From Gracilinanus agilis (taxonomy: Eukaryota), in the NCBI RefSeq assembly GCF_016433145.1, contig NC_058131.1:562971577-563035576 (forward strand): DNA of 64,000 bases, written 5' to 3'. The stretch's first letter is position 1. Each line of letters begins with the position of its first letter. The notes beneath the pieces are model-generated. The model saw only the letters and a list, made by a program, of their open reading frames with translations, had not been told where the DNA came from and did no database searches. This document shows positions 26,190 to 38,140 of the stretch, in pieces. Position numbers and translations under genes: made by a program.

Positions 26190-26388
26190 TTTTTCTTAAC
26201 TCTTACCCTCTAAGTAACTGATTCCAAGTATTGATTCTAAGACAGAAGAGCAGTAAGGGCTAGGCGATTGGGACTAAGTGACTTGCCCAGGGCCACATAG
26301 CTAGGAATTATCTGAGGTCACATTTGAATCTAGGCCTTCCTGACTCTAGGTCTGGTACTGTTACCTACTGTGCAACCTAGCTGCCCCC
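26190..26388 (-). mobile_element. SINE1-type (older)
   Basis: Ends in CCTAGCTGCCCC. Confidence 0.75.
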
Positions 26389-26876
26389 AAACTAGTATTT
26401 AATAAGTGCCTACTATGTGTGCCATGTAATGTACTAGGTCCTGGGGATACAAAGAAAAAAAATGAAACTTTGTTCTTGAAGAGCTTATATTCTATCAGAA
26501 GAAGAGAAACAAAATTTTCACTTATAAGTAAAGAAAAAACATGTACAAAGTAAAAGTAAATTCACTAGGGGACCATAAGGGATGAACATTAGTGGGCAGG
26601 GAAGAGAGGAGACTAATATTTCATGTAGGAGGTAGCATTTAAATTGACCTTTGACAAAAGAAGCACAATGATTTAATCCCAGAGTGAGCCCCTCCAATAC
26701 CTTAAAAAAAACCAACACTTTTTTTCATTTACATGTAAAAACAATTTTTAACTTCTTTTTAAAACATTTTTTTTGAGTTCCAAATTCTTTCCCTCCCTAT
26801 ATTCCCTTCCCCCTCATTGTGAACACAAAAAATTTGATATAGGTCATACATGTGCATTTGTGTAAAATGTATTTCT

Positions 26877-27087
26877 GGGGGCAGCTGGGTAGCTCAGTGG
26901 TTCAAGAGCCAGACCTAGAGACAGGAGGGTCCTGGGTTCAAATCTGACCTCAGATTCTTCCTAGGGGTGTGACCCTGGGCAAGTCACTTAGCCCGATTGC
27001 CTAACCCTTACCACTCTTCTGCCTTGGAGCCAATACACAGTATTGACTCCAAGACTGAAGGTAAGGGTTTTTAATTAAAAAAAAAAA
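26877..27087 (+). mobile_element. SINE1_Mdo-type long-tail
   Basis: Full length. TSD AAAATGTATTTC. Confidence 0.9.
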
Positions 27088-27406
27088 TGTATTTCCATCT
27101 TCTGTACCTTTTTAACAAGTCATTCCCAAGCATGCTAAATCCATTAACTTCAACCTTCCTTTATTCTGAGGTTCTTCCTTCCTTCCCATTTTGACATTTT
27201 GATACTTTCCTATGAAATTCTCTAAGCTATGGAGATATACTGAGTAAACATCCTTTGCTTTGCTCAGCCTTCTGGGACGAGGCATCGATAAGATTTGCCA
27301 GATATGTGAGTGCCACCTTCAACAATTTAGTGGTCATATAGGTTTCCATAAGTCCTCTCACCTAGATGACCAAGAGGTCCTTCCCCATTCAGCCATGTAC
27401 TGTTCA

Positions 27407-27601
<195 letters not shown>

Positions 27602-27674
27602 TCAGACTTTAGTGGGCTTTTCCATAAAAAAAAGAGGGTAGGATTCTTGGCTCAAGTGTTCCCAGGGTCCAGAG

Positions 27675-27890
27675 CAGGGGTCGGCAACCTTTTTGGCCGT
27701 GAGAGCCATAAATGCCACATTTTTTAAAATGTAATTTCATGAGAGCCGTACAGTGCTCACAGTGCGCGCTCCTGTAACAGCTGGAACTGATCAACATCCA
27801 TGTTGTTTCTCATCTCCTTTCCATGATGGCCAAAAAAAAAAAAATGACTTTATGGATCCTGCAGAAAGAGCCATAGGTTGCTGACCCCTG
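27675..27890. mobile_element. hAT-superfamily MITE containing captured MYO1E exon-19 sequence
   Basis: TIRs CAGGGGTCGGCAACCT / AGGTTGCTGACCCCTG (1 mismatch). 8-bp TSD GTCCAGAG (27667-74) / GTCCAGTG (27891-98). CpGs retained. Confidence 0.9.
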
Positions 27891-30184
27891 GTCCAGTGGT
27901 TATTACTGTTGCAAGAAGGGCTGAGAAACTTGGGAATCCCTTGAAAATCATTGGGAAAATGCTTACACGCAGTGTGTTTAGAAAGCACTTTGTTGTAATC
28001 AGCAATTTTAGAGCTACACATCTCCTTATCTAAGCATTTCTGTCTTAAGCCTCTAAAACCTAGCTTTGAATCTTCTTCTGTCCTCTTAATAACAATAATA
28101 CATTTTTAAGGGGAAAATCTAAACATCTTAGATTTTCTATTTCTTGGCAGTTTTTAGCACACTGTTCTTTATTGCAATGCTATCTTTTCTTGACTACTGA
28201 GCACTTTAACGTCCTGCTTTTCTTCTTATGTCTCTTGTGTCCTTTTTGCCCCTACCTTGGCCCTCTGTTTTCCTCTTCTTTCAGTAGGGGGTATCTGAAA
28301 ATGTGCCATTATTGGGTCTCTACTTTTTTCCCCTTATATTCACCAAATCTCTCCCAACACCCTAATCTTTCATATAGGCTTTCACATGAATGAAGATGAA
28401 TTCCACATTATCTTCAGTTCTTACCTCTTTCATTACCTGTATTCTACAACTAACAAAATATCTTCACTGAATATCCCTATATCAACCTTCATAAAACAAT
28501 GCTTTCATAATGCATCCCCCTGCCCCAAAACCTGCAACTTCCCATTATATTAAGCTCCAATTCCTATCCTTAGTTTTTAGGCTCCCCTATAGTCTAGATC
28601 TAAATTTCCTACTCAACCTTATTTCCTTGGTTCCCTAACCAATTCTGCTTCTGACAGATCCATTATTCAAAAGGCAACATTACTAGGTTCTTCTTAATAA
28701 GGCACCACTTTCAACTGGCAAGTGAAATTGTGGTATGCATGGTTGCTGCTTCAAGTATTTTAAAAACACCCTCAAAGTTTTTTTTTTCCCTTCCTTGAGT
28801 AGAACAAACATTTGCCTGCATATATCTGGTCTATACTATTAAATTGTGAATTTACATCACATCTTGTGAGTGAGTTGTGAGAAATAAACTTCTGAATTTA
28901 TTCAGAAGTAAATTCCAGCCCTGCTCAAGTCCAGATGATCCTGAATCCTGACCAAATCAATAAGGGTCTGTTAATGAGACTTTGATATTTGTGGTTCTCA
29001 ACTTATATCTACATATTCTAACTCTTCCATTTTGCTTTTCTATAAATCCTGCTTAAAGGATCTACTAAATTTTGGGGAAGGTTTTCTCTGTTTGTTTGGG
29101 ATTTTTTTTTTTTTTAAAGACATCAATGTAACATTAAGGTACTCTACCCATCTATTAGTCTTCATTTGAAAACATTTCTGCTTTACCTCTTTTTGTAATC
29201 ATACTTATTCGTGATGACTTTTTATGCCATTAGTACAAGTTATACATAATATATTCTCATCCACTGTATTTCCACTGCCCCTTGGGCTACCTGCAATTTC
29301 AATCCCTGTGAGATTAAGGCACATCGAGATTGAAAGCCAAACAGCAATCCTGGGAGAATACTGGTGTTTAGAAGTAGAACTTTTGTAACCATAAGCATCT
29401 CGGGATCATTTAAAATGTTGTACAATTTCCAAAATGGTATCAAATAAGGGAAAGGGGAAAAGCATTTATTTGGGAACTGCACTTTACAAATATATCTTCT
29501 CATTCAGTTCTGGGCTTAGGCTATTTTCGTTTCAAACCCTATCTTAATATTAATTCTAAGACAAAAGAGTGGCAAGGACTAGACAATCAGAGTTAAGTGA
29601 CTTGTCCAGCTAAGAAGTGTCTCAGGGCAGATTTGAACCTAGGACCTAGTTCCTGGTGCCAGGCTTGGTGCTCTGTTCACTGTGTTACCTAGCTGCCCTG
29701 CTGTTTTCTGAAAAGGTGTAGTAAATAGCACCCTTCTTCTCCCTTTCCCTTTCCTTCTCCCCCGCCCTCTGTCTCTCTCTTCTTCTCTGCCCTTTTTTTT
29801 CCATCCTTCCATCTATTTATCTATCCATCCATCCATTCTAATGGAAACCCAAGGGGTTGTCCATTCAAATACAGGGCATAACATGAACAAGATATAGATT
29901 ACTGATCAGAGCCTCAAGGTTTCTTAAGAGATTGGTATTCCAATTGCCCCATTCTATGCTTGAGGAAACTGAAAATCTCTGAGAGATCACATGCTCAAAG
30001 TCAAACAGACTATAAACCAGAGCTAGATTCAGCACCTCAACCCTCTGCTTCCAGATGTTTTCCATTCTTCCATTTTAGGTAGTTAAGCTCATCTTTTTTT
30101 GAGTGACAACAGATATCAAAGAGGAGACTAGAATTTTGAGATTCAATGCAATTATTATTTTCCTAAGATTAATTTATTTTTCTT

Positions 30185-30371
30185 TTCTTTTTTTTAAACC
30201 CTTAACTTCTGTGTTTTGGATCCTAGGTGGAAGAGTGGTAAGGGTGGGCAATGGGGGTCAAGTGACTTGCCCAGGGTCACACAGCTGGGAAGTGTCTGAG
30301 ACCAGACTTGAACCTAGGACCTCCCGTCTCTAGGCCTGACTCTCAATCCACTGAGCTACCCAGCTGCCCCC
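30185..30371 (-). mobile_element. SINE1_Mdo-type short-tail
   Basis: 15-bp TSD TAATTTATTTTTCTT (30170-84 / 30372-86). Confidence 0.92.
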
Positions 30372-32065
30372 TAATTTATTTTTCTTAAACAAAACATCAT
30401 CAACAACAAGTTAAAATCCCAAAGCCCATAAAACAATGAAAGAAAACCATGTCAAAAAGTGGTTGTGAATGATTATACATTATTATTTTTGTTGGCTAAT
30501 GTTTATAAGAGGTTTAAGATTTGCAAAAGAATAAATATTCTCTCATTTTATCCTTACAGTAATCCAAGGAGGTATTATTATTATCCTCATCCTCATTTTA
30601 GAGATAAGGAAACTGATGCAGAAGTCAAATGATTTGCCACTTAAGTAAGTAAATATTTGAGGCAGGTTTTGAATACATATATTCCTGGTTCCTGGTCTAA
30701 TGCCCTAGCCACTGCACCACTGAGCTGCCTCTCATCTATATTGTCCATGTTTTACCATTAGATTTGGTGCTTTTTGATGTTTTCTTCCTTGAAAGCAAAG
30801 TGTATATTATTCTTCATATAGTAGTTTTTAGTCTTTATCACTTCATGTAAGTTTTATCATGTTTCTCCGAATTCATAAAACCATAGTCTTAGAACAGAAA
30901 GCAATCTTAGAGGCCATTGAGCCTAATATCTTCTTTTTCCAGATGAGGAAACTGAGACACAGTTAGGCAGGATCACAGAATTAGTGAGTTTGCCTGGAGG
31001 CTAGATTTGAAATCAGGCCCTCTTACCTCCAATACTTATTATACCATGCAGCCCCTCATTCTTCATATTCAGTATTCCTTATGGCATAGCAAATATTCTG
31101 TGGCAATTATATTTTATTCATATACCAGTATTTATTTAGCCACTTCCCCAAAGACACATAATTTGTTTCTAGCATTGGGGGGGGGGGGATTTTTTGCTGT
31201 TACTGAGACTATTTTTCTACAAATAGGTCCTTTTCTTCTACCTCTTTTTTCCCTACACAGAATATGAAAAGGGATGGCAGGTCCAAAAAGTATGGAGATT
31301 TTTGCAACTTTTGTCGCTCTGTGATAAATTTTATTCTAGTTTACATTGTTTCCCAACATGACCAAATCAGTTCTTGACTAGCAGAAATGAACTGGCATGT
31401 CAGTCAGCATTGAGTTTTGTCATTTTTTACCATTTCTGGTATGAGTAGACTACAGCATTTTACCAATGAAGAAATCTAAGTACTGTGGTAAAGAAGGCTA
31501 TTAAAAGAACGTATGATAAGATGACCTGACAAGTGGCAAGTGTGAGATCACAGGTGGCAGCCAGAGTACACCATTGATGCTTCACATTGTTAGGAGAAAT
31601 AAGTAAGGCTTCAAACGCATTGGATGGACCCTCTTGGGGAAACTTATGAATACTTTAAAATTACTTAAATATGAATTTCTTTATTTTTCCTCATATAATT
31701 ATTAACACTTAAAAAAAAATACTGTTGGAGGACCTCCTTTTGAGAGCACCTTGTTTTTATCTTTTGACCATGTCTTGATGAAAGGGTCACATTCTTAAAG
31801 AATCGTATCCAGGGGGCAACTAGGTGGCTCAGTGGATTGTGGCTAAACAAATAGGGCTAAGTGACTTACCCAAGGTCACACAGGGCAAGTGTTAGAAAAA
31901 AAAATCTAAGACCAGATTTTAATCAATCTTCCCATTTCCAGGTCTGGCACTCAACCGGATCATTGTGCCACCTAGTTGCCTCTATCTCTTAGTTAATTGT
32001 AGGAATGTTGGAGAACAACTCTGTTGCTTGGTATAGAAAAATAATTAGAAAAAAAAACTATCTTT

Positions 32066-32275
32066 GGGGGCAGCTGGGTGGCTCAGTGAATTGAGAGTCA
32101 GACCTCGAGACGGGAGGTCCTAGGTTCAAATCTGGTCTCAGACACTTCCCAGCTGTGTGACCCTGGGCAAGTCACTTAACCCCCATTACCTACCCTTACC
32201 ACTCTTCTGCCTTGGAGCCAATACACAGTATTGACTCCAAGATGGAAGGTAAGGGTTTAAAAAACAAAACAAAAC
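32066..32275 (+). mobile_element. SINE1_Mdo-type long-tail
   Basis: 15-bp TSD AAAAAAACTATCTTT. Intact 3' hairpin at 32192-32256. Confidence 0.92.
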
Positions 32276-35200
32276 AAAAAAACTATCTTTTTTCCTTTAT
32301 TGTTTTCATCAAGAATAACCTCAATGCATTTATTTAATTGTTTATCTTTGGATTTCTTTTGATTTTAAAAATGAATGTTTTATTGATGTCCTTCTTTATA
32401 ATGCTGAAAACTGATTAAGTAAAATCAACAGATGAGACCATAAATGGCAGCATATGTAACATTCTCTACCCTTGGTTCCCTACCAATTCAAGGAAAGGAA
32501 GGAGGTACATTTCCTCATCTTTATTCTGGAGTGAAGATAGCTCATTATAACTGGGCAGTAACTAGCTTAATTTCAGCGTTTATTTTTCATATATGTTATT
32601 ACAGTTATTCAGTCTAGTTTTCTAGGTTTTGCTACTTTGTTCTTTATCAGTTCATTCATGTCCTAGGTTTTTTGGAATTTCTCACATTTGTCCTGTCTTA
32701 TGTCATAATATTCTATAATATTCATTTACCACATTTTTCTTCCTAGCATTCCCTAAACGATAGTCACCCAGAGTGTTTCCAGTTTTTTGTTGCCATTGCT
32801 ACCTCTCACACAGCATACTGCATGCCAGAATAGAGTTCAAATGCGGGCAGTGGTTCTAGTATCGTGATCATGTCTGTCTCATCTCCTGTCTGTAGGTTGT
32901 CTCCTGTCCAGTTGCACCTGTAAAAATACTGATGATGATCTGGTCGAGCAGGTTCTCATGCCAGGTTTTTGGCCCAGACCTCTTTTGTTTTCTAGTCCTC
33001 CTTGTATAAGGGAAACGTTCATATTTGTCAGTGACTAGTCATAATAGTAACTGAAAACTAAGCTAAAGGAAAGAACTCAGTTCAGAGATCTGAGCATACA
33101 TGTAAAAACTTTATATGAGAGCTCTAAAGTGTGGTCTTCATGCAAAGTGTTTTCCAAATATGTACATTTATGTATGACTTCCATGATCTAACTGCTAAGC
33201 CCTTTAACTATGAATGGATGAGGGATAGAGACTGAACAGCTATTTCACTGGCACAGGAAACTCTGGGATGAGCAAACTCAACCAATGTAATGTCAGCATC
33301 AACTTGTGGTCTTTAAATAAACAAACAAACAAACAAACATACACACATGTATGTATATGTGTGTGCATATATACACATGTTCAACTTTATTTTAATCTTC
33401 ATTTTAAAAAACTTGAGTTCTATTTTCCCCTCCGTGCACTGAGCCCCCCCTTATTGAGAAGGCAAGCAATATGGTATCAATTACATGTGAAATAATATAA
33501 AACATATTGTCATATTAGCTATGTGCTGCAACTTCTCATCTAAAGAGGATGGCTTAGAGCACGAGGAGGTAAAGGGTCACAGTGCCAGTATATGTCAGAG
33601 GTGGGTCTTGAACCAAGGTCTTATTGGCTTCAGAGTGATCTCTTTATTCCATCATGTTGCCCTTCTAGATATATAAATTCAACCTTTCATATCTAAATAC
33701 TTTTTTTTTGTCCTTACTTTGAGTAGATATTAGCTACTCCCTGTTTAATTAAATTAGAATGAAAAAGAATGAGTTCCTCCCACTACTCAATCTTATAAAA
33801 TCACAAAAAAGGCTATGAGTAAAAAATGACTATGAGTCAAAAATAATCTACCTTGACATGCTTTTGTACCATCAAAAGAGTACACTCATAATGTAAGTTG
33901 GTATCTATCAATTAGCCCATGATGGGGACAGGTGGATGGCTCAGTGGTTAGAAAGCCAGATGTGGAGATAAGATGGTCCCCTGCGCTGGCGGTTCCCAAA
34001 TTTCAATTTGTTTGTTTATTGAAATTTCAAGGAAACTGTTTTGGCAAAATCGTAGACTTTACCAAATAAAAACTTCACATCCCTTAAGAGTATGTGAATA
34101 ACCCCATTTATTCCAGGAAAACCCTTTTATTCATGTTAGATGTTTGACATTTTTGCAAAACCAATTGCAAGTTAAAAGACCAAGCACTTGACTGGGAATG
34201 GGGGAGTCGGTCCATTCTCCATGAGAATGCTAAAGAATCATAGACTATCAGAGCTAAGGGAGCGCAACAGATCTATAGCTGGAAGGCACCCAATCACTCA
34301 TGCCCAGGGAAGTTAAGTGACTTGTCCAATGTACAGCTGAGCAGATCTCATACTAGAATCTGATAACAACAAAAATGTAGTAATTACTGGAGCGGATAGG
34401 GGGAGAGAGATCCAGGGTTCAAATCTGAACTTAAGACATTTCCTAGCTGTGTGACCCTGGGCAAGTCACTTAACCCCCATTGCCTAGCCCTTACCACTCT
34501 TCCGTCTCATATTCCAGATGAGCTACTTGCATTTCCCAATCAAGTAAGTAACAGTTACCATATAAAGTCCAGACATTTACCCTACTTAAACGTCTCCCAT
34601 AGAGCTTATTATACCTGGTAGGTCGTTGGCCAAGTGGCATATTTACAGAAAAGGTCACTGTGTGGTTACTCTTATTTCACTCAAACATTAAAAGCTGTCA
34701 TCCCCAGCCTCACTACTTTTTTTTAACGTCAGTTGACATCTTGTGCTAGTCCTGGTAATATTGCCAGGCAGTCTTAAACATATGATACCAGAAATAGAAC
34801 ATGAGCCCAAAAGGAAAAATGGTCTTCTAGGAAATATTGGGTTTCACAGGCTAGAGCTGAGCCTTTCCAGAGTCTGCCAGTTCTCAATTACCTCATATCT
34901 TTACATCCTGTTTTTAGGTTACTAGAACTAATTACTTGGAACCTTCTCCAGTAGAATACAATTATTCTCCAGCCAAAACATGGCTATATTACAAATTCCA
35001 GGTAAGGGAGGAGATGGAAGAGATACTCAAAATGCAATGAAACCTCTGGGAGATTCACTTAAGCCAGAAGACACATTGAATTAAAGTCTGAACTATAGAA
35101 GAGTTATCAAAAAAGACTGTAGTTTTTCTCAGTGAATTGAGAGTCAGGCCCAGAGATGGGAGGTCCTGGGTTCAAATCTGACCGTAGACCCTTCCTAGCT

Positions 35201-35499
35201 GTGTGACCCTGGGCAAGTCACTATATCCCCATTGCCTAACCCTTATGACTCTTCTGCCTTGGAATCAATACACAGGATTGATTCCAAGATGAAAGGTAAG
35301 AGTTAAAAAAAAAAGGATTATAGTTTTATTATTTTTATAAATACCCCAACAAAGAAATATCAACAAAGTAGAAGTCCTGTCAAATCTGAACTAATGCATT
35401 TTTTCCCATTTGTTCAGTTATTTCCAGTCATGTCTGACTCTTAATCATGGATAATCATGGGTAATTAGGCTATCGACTGACTACCCTAGACATGTGCTC

Positions 35500-35760
35500 T
35501 TCAGTGGCTTCTCGGGCTTCCTTCAAGTCCTAGCTAAAGATCCACCTTTCCCAATCCCTCTTGATTCTAGTACCTTCCTCTGTTGATGATTTCCTACTTA
35601 ACCTCTATATGGTTTGTTTCTACTTAATGGTTTGCACTTTGTCTCCTCAATTAGATTGTGGGCTCCATGAAGGCAGAAAACTGTCTTTTGTCTTTCTTTA
35701 TATCTCTTTGCAAAGTGTCTGGCATATAGTACACACTTAAATGTATATTGACTTATTAAA
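35500..35760 (+). mobile_element. L2 3' end
   Basis: ...TTAGATTGTGGGCTCCATGAAGGCAG...GTGTCTGGCATATAGTAC, an L2 terminal motif. Confidence 0.65.
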
Positions 35761-36019
35761 ATACTTCTAAAACTAGTTTAACACTCTTCTGAAACCTTGT
35801 TTGATATATACTGTTAACTTGAAGAGTAAACCCCTTTTCCATTCATACTACAAAGACAGACCAGCAAAGCTAGGGTACCAATTACAATGATCTTTAAATT
35901 GATGATGCTTTAGTAGATTGACAACCTCTAGGGCACAGTTTGTGCCCTTGTTTTTGCAAAACATTAGTCCCCTATTGAAAATCTGTCACTGAGTGGACAG
36001 TGAGGTCACTTGTTCATTA

Positions 36020-36154
<135 letters not shown>

Positions 36155-36314
36155 TTAAATAACATCTAATGGTCCTTTACTTTACATTTCTTAGTAAATA
36201 TTTCCCTTCTATAATATATTCCTAACTCACAAATGGAGGGAAATGTTGAAATACCATAGAATGTTTATTTCTGTCCCTGTTTGGACCAGGAAGTATGCAT
36301 CATATACTTTGGAT

Positions 36315-36513
36315 TAGTGATAGCAAACCTTTTAGAGACCAAATGCCTAAGCTGCAACCCCCCCTGCCTTACGCCAGACAGGGAAGGGAGGAAACTCTCC
36401 CATTAGGCTGCTCGGCAGAGGGGTGGGTGATGTGAGGAATGTCCTTAGATGTGGTGGAAAGGGGGAAGGGAGCAGCCCTTTCTGGCACACATACCATAGG
36501 TTTGCCAACATGG
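36315..36513. mobile_element. hAT-type MITE (~200 bp)
   Basis: Ends TAGTGATAGCAAACCT ... AGGTTTGCCAACATGG. Flanks CTTTGGAT / CTCTAGAA resemble the hAT nTCTAGAn target. GC-rich interior. Confidence 0.7.
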
Positions 36514-36809
36514 CTCTAGAAAAATCTTATTTCACTAATTTTTTTAATTTTCTGAGCTATAACAAAAAGTATTATATAAATATGTGCTATTGTAATATCT
36601 ATGTTGGGAAGGTTGTGTCCTGTAATTTCACTGTGGTAAATTTCCAATGTAGAAACTCCTTTCAATGAGGCAAACTGGAAATTTTTGGTAGATGAAAGTA
36701 TTGCCTGGGGCGCTGTTAATTGATTTGCTTATGGTTTCACACTTACATTGTGTCAGAGTCTGGACTTCAACTGAGATTTTCCTTTCTCAGCCCTGGTAAC
36801 TTTACTAAA

Positions 36810-37500
36810 GAGTAGTTTGACTATGTCACCTCCCTACTCAATAAATTCCAGTGGATCCCAATTGCCTACAAATTTAAAATCCTGTTTAGTATTCAACCTC
36901 CTTCCTAACCTATTCCCCCTGCCTTTCCAATATTCTTATATTTTACTCTCCAACATGTACTTTATGATCCAGTGACTCTGGTCTTCTTGTAGTTCCTTAG
37001 ACAAGACGCATCATCTCCTGACTCCAGGTATTTTTATTGGCTCTCTTCCATGCCTTGAATGTTCAGTCTCATTTCCACCTCATGGCTTCTTACAAGTTTC
37101 AGCTAAAATGCCACCTTCTATAGAAAACCTTTCCCCACTCTTCTTAATTCTTTTTACATTTATTTTTAAATGTTATTTTCTCACTTACATATAAGAACAA
37201 ATTTCAACAAACATTTTCTGAAATTATAAGATCCAAATTGTGTGTCTCTCTTCTTTCTCTACCCCCTCTAAGAGAGAGCAAACAATCTGAACTCGGCCAA
37301 CTCCTCTTAATTCTAGTGTTGTCCCTCTCTTATGTGCTTCCTATTTATTCTGTACAAAACTTGTTTGTACACATTTGTATGCATGTTATATCCCCCATCT
37401 GTGAGCTCCTTGAGGGCAAGGACTATCTTTTTCTTTTCTTTGTATGCCCAATGCCTAGAACACAGTAGGTGCTTCATAAATGCTTACTGACTCATTGACT
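36810..37500 (+). mobile_element. L2 3' region with an inserted reverse L1 fragment (~37150-37290)
   Basis: L2 terminal motif at 37395-37495. The insert is flanked by ACTC(T/C)TCTTAATTCT repeats. Confidence 0.65.
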
Positions 37501-37859
37501 CTTCCTCTTCTTTCTACATTCTGTCTTGGTGATCTCATATCTCCATATCTAGCTCATCATTTTTTGAGCTATAGTCCCTCACTTTCAAAGGCACATCTAA
37601 AAGGCACCTCAAACTACATACACTGTCTTATCTTCTTTTTCGGACTCTTCTTATTATTTCTATTTCTATTAAGGACATTCACATTCTTCCAGTCACCCAG
37701 AATCATAATCTGATAGTCATCCTTGATTCCAATATAGCTCTCCCTTTTCTCCTCTTTTTCATTTGTTTTATTTCAGAGTTTTATTGATTCTACCTCCACA
37801 ATATCTCTTGTATATCTCCATTTCTTCACTCACCCTACGCCTACTGAACGTTTCATCAT

Positions 37860-38140
37860 CTTTTGCCCAAATTATTATTATTATCATGCAAAACACACTT
37901 TCATATTGGTCATATAACCAAAACCCCAAAATAAAACCATAAATGCACCGATGCAAAAGACGACTCCAAAAGACGTCTTCCAGGATTGTCCCAGATCATT
38001 GCATTGATGAGAGTAGCCAAATTTTCACAGATAATCATCATAAAATATTGCTTTTACTGTGTACAATGTTCTCCCAGTTCTGCTTATTTTGCTCTGCTTC
38101 AGTTCCTGCAGATCTTTCCAGCTTCAAATTATTATGATTT
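37860..38140 (-). mobile_element. L1 3'-end fragment
   Basis: TTCCAGGATTGTCCCAGATCATTGCATTG is the reverse of the L1 motif seen at 16125. Confidence 0.7.

Noticed and set aside
28888-28909. Perfect 10-bp inverted repeat ACTTCTGAAT-TT-ATTCAGAAGT
   Set aside because: About 0.3 such palindromes are expected by chance in 64 kb of AT-rich DNA, and the spacing fits neither HSE nor GAS.
32803-32917. Possible cryptic 115-nt exon on the - strand (tttttacag|GTGC ... GAG|gtagca), open for ~35 codons in the exon-18 frame
   Set aside because: Weak pyrimidine tract and donor, ends in a stop, and an open stretch this long is common by chance (about 0.2).
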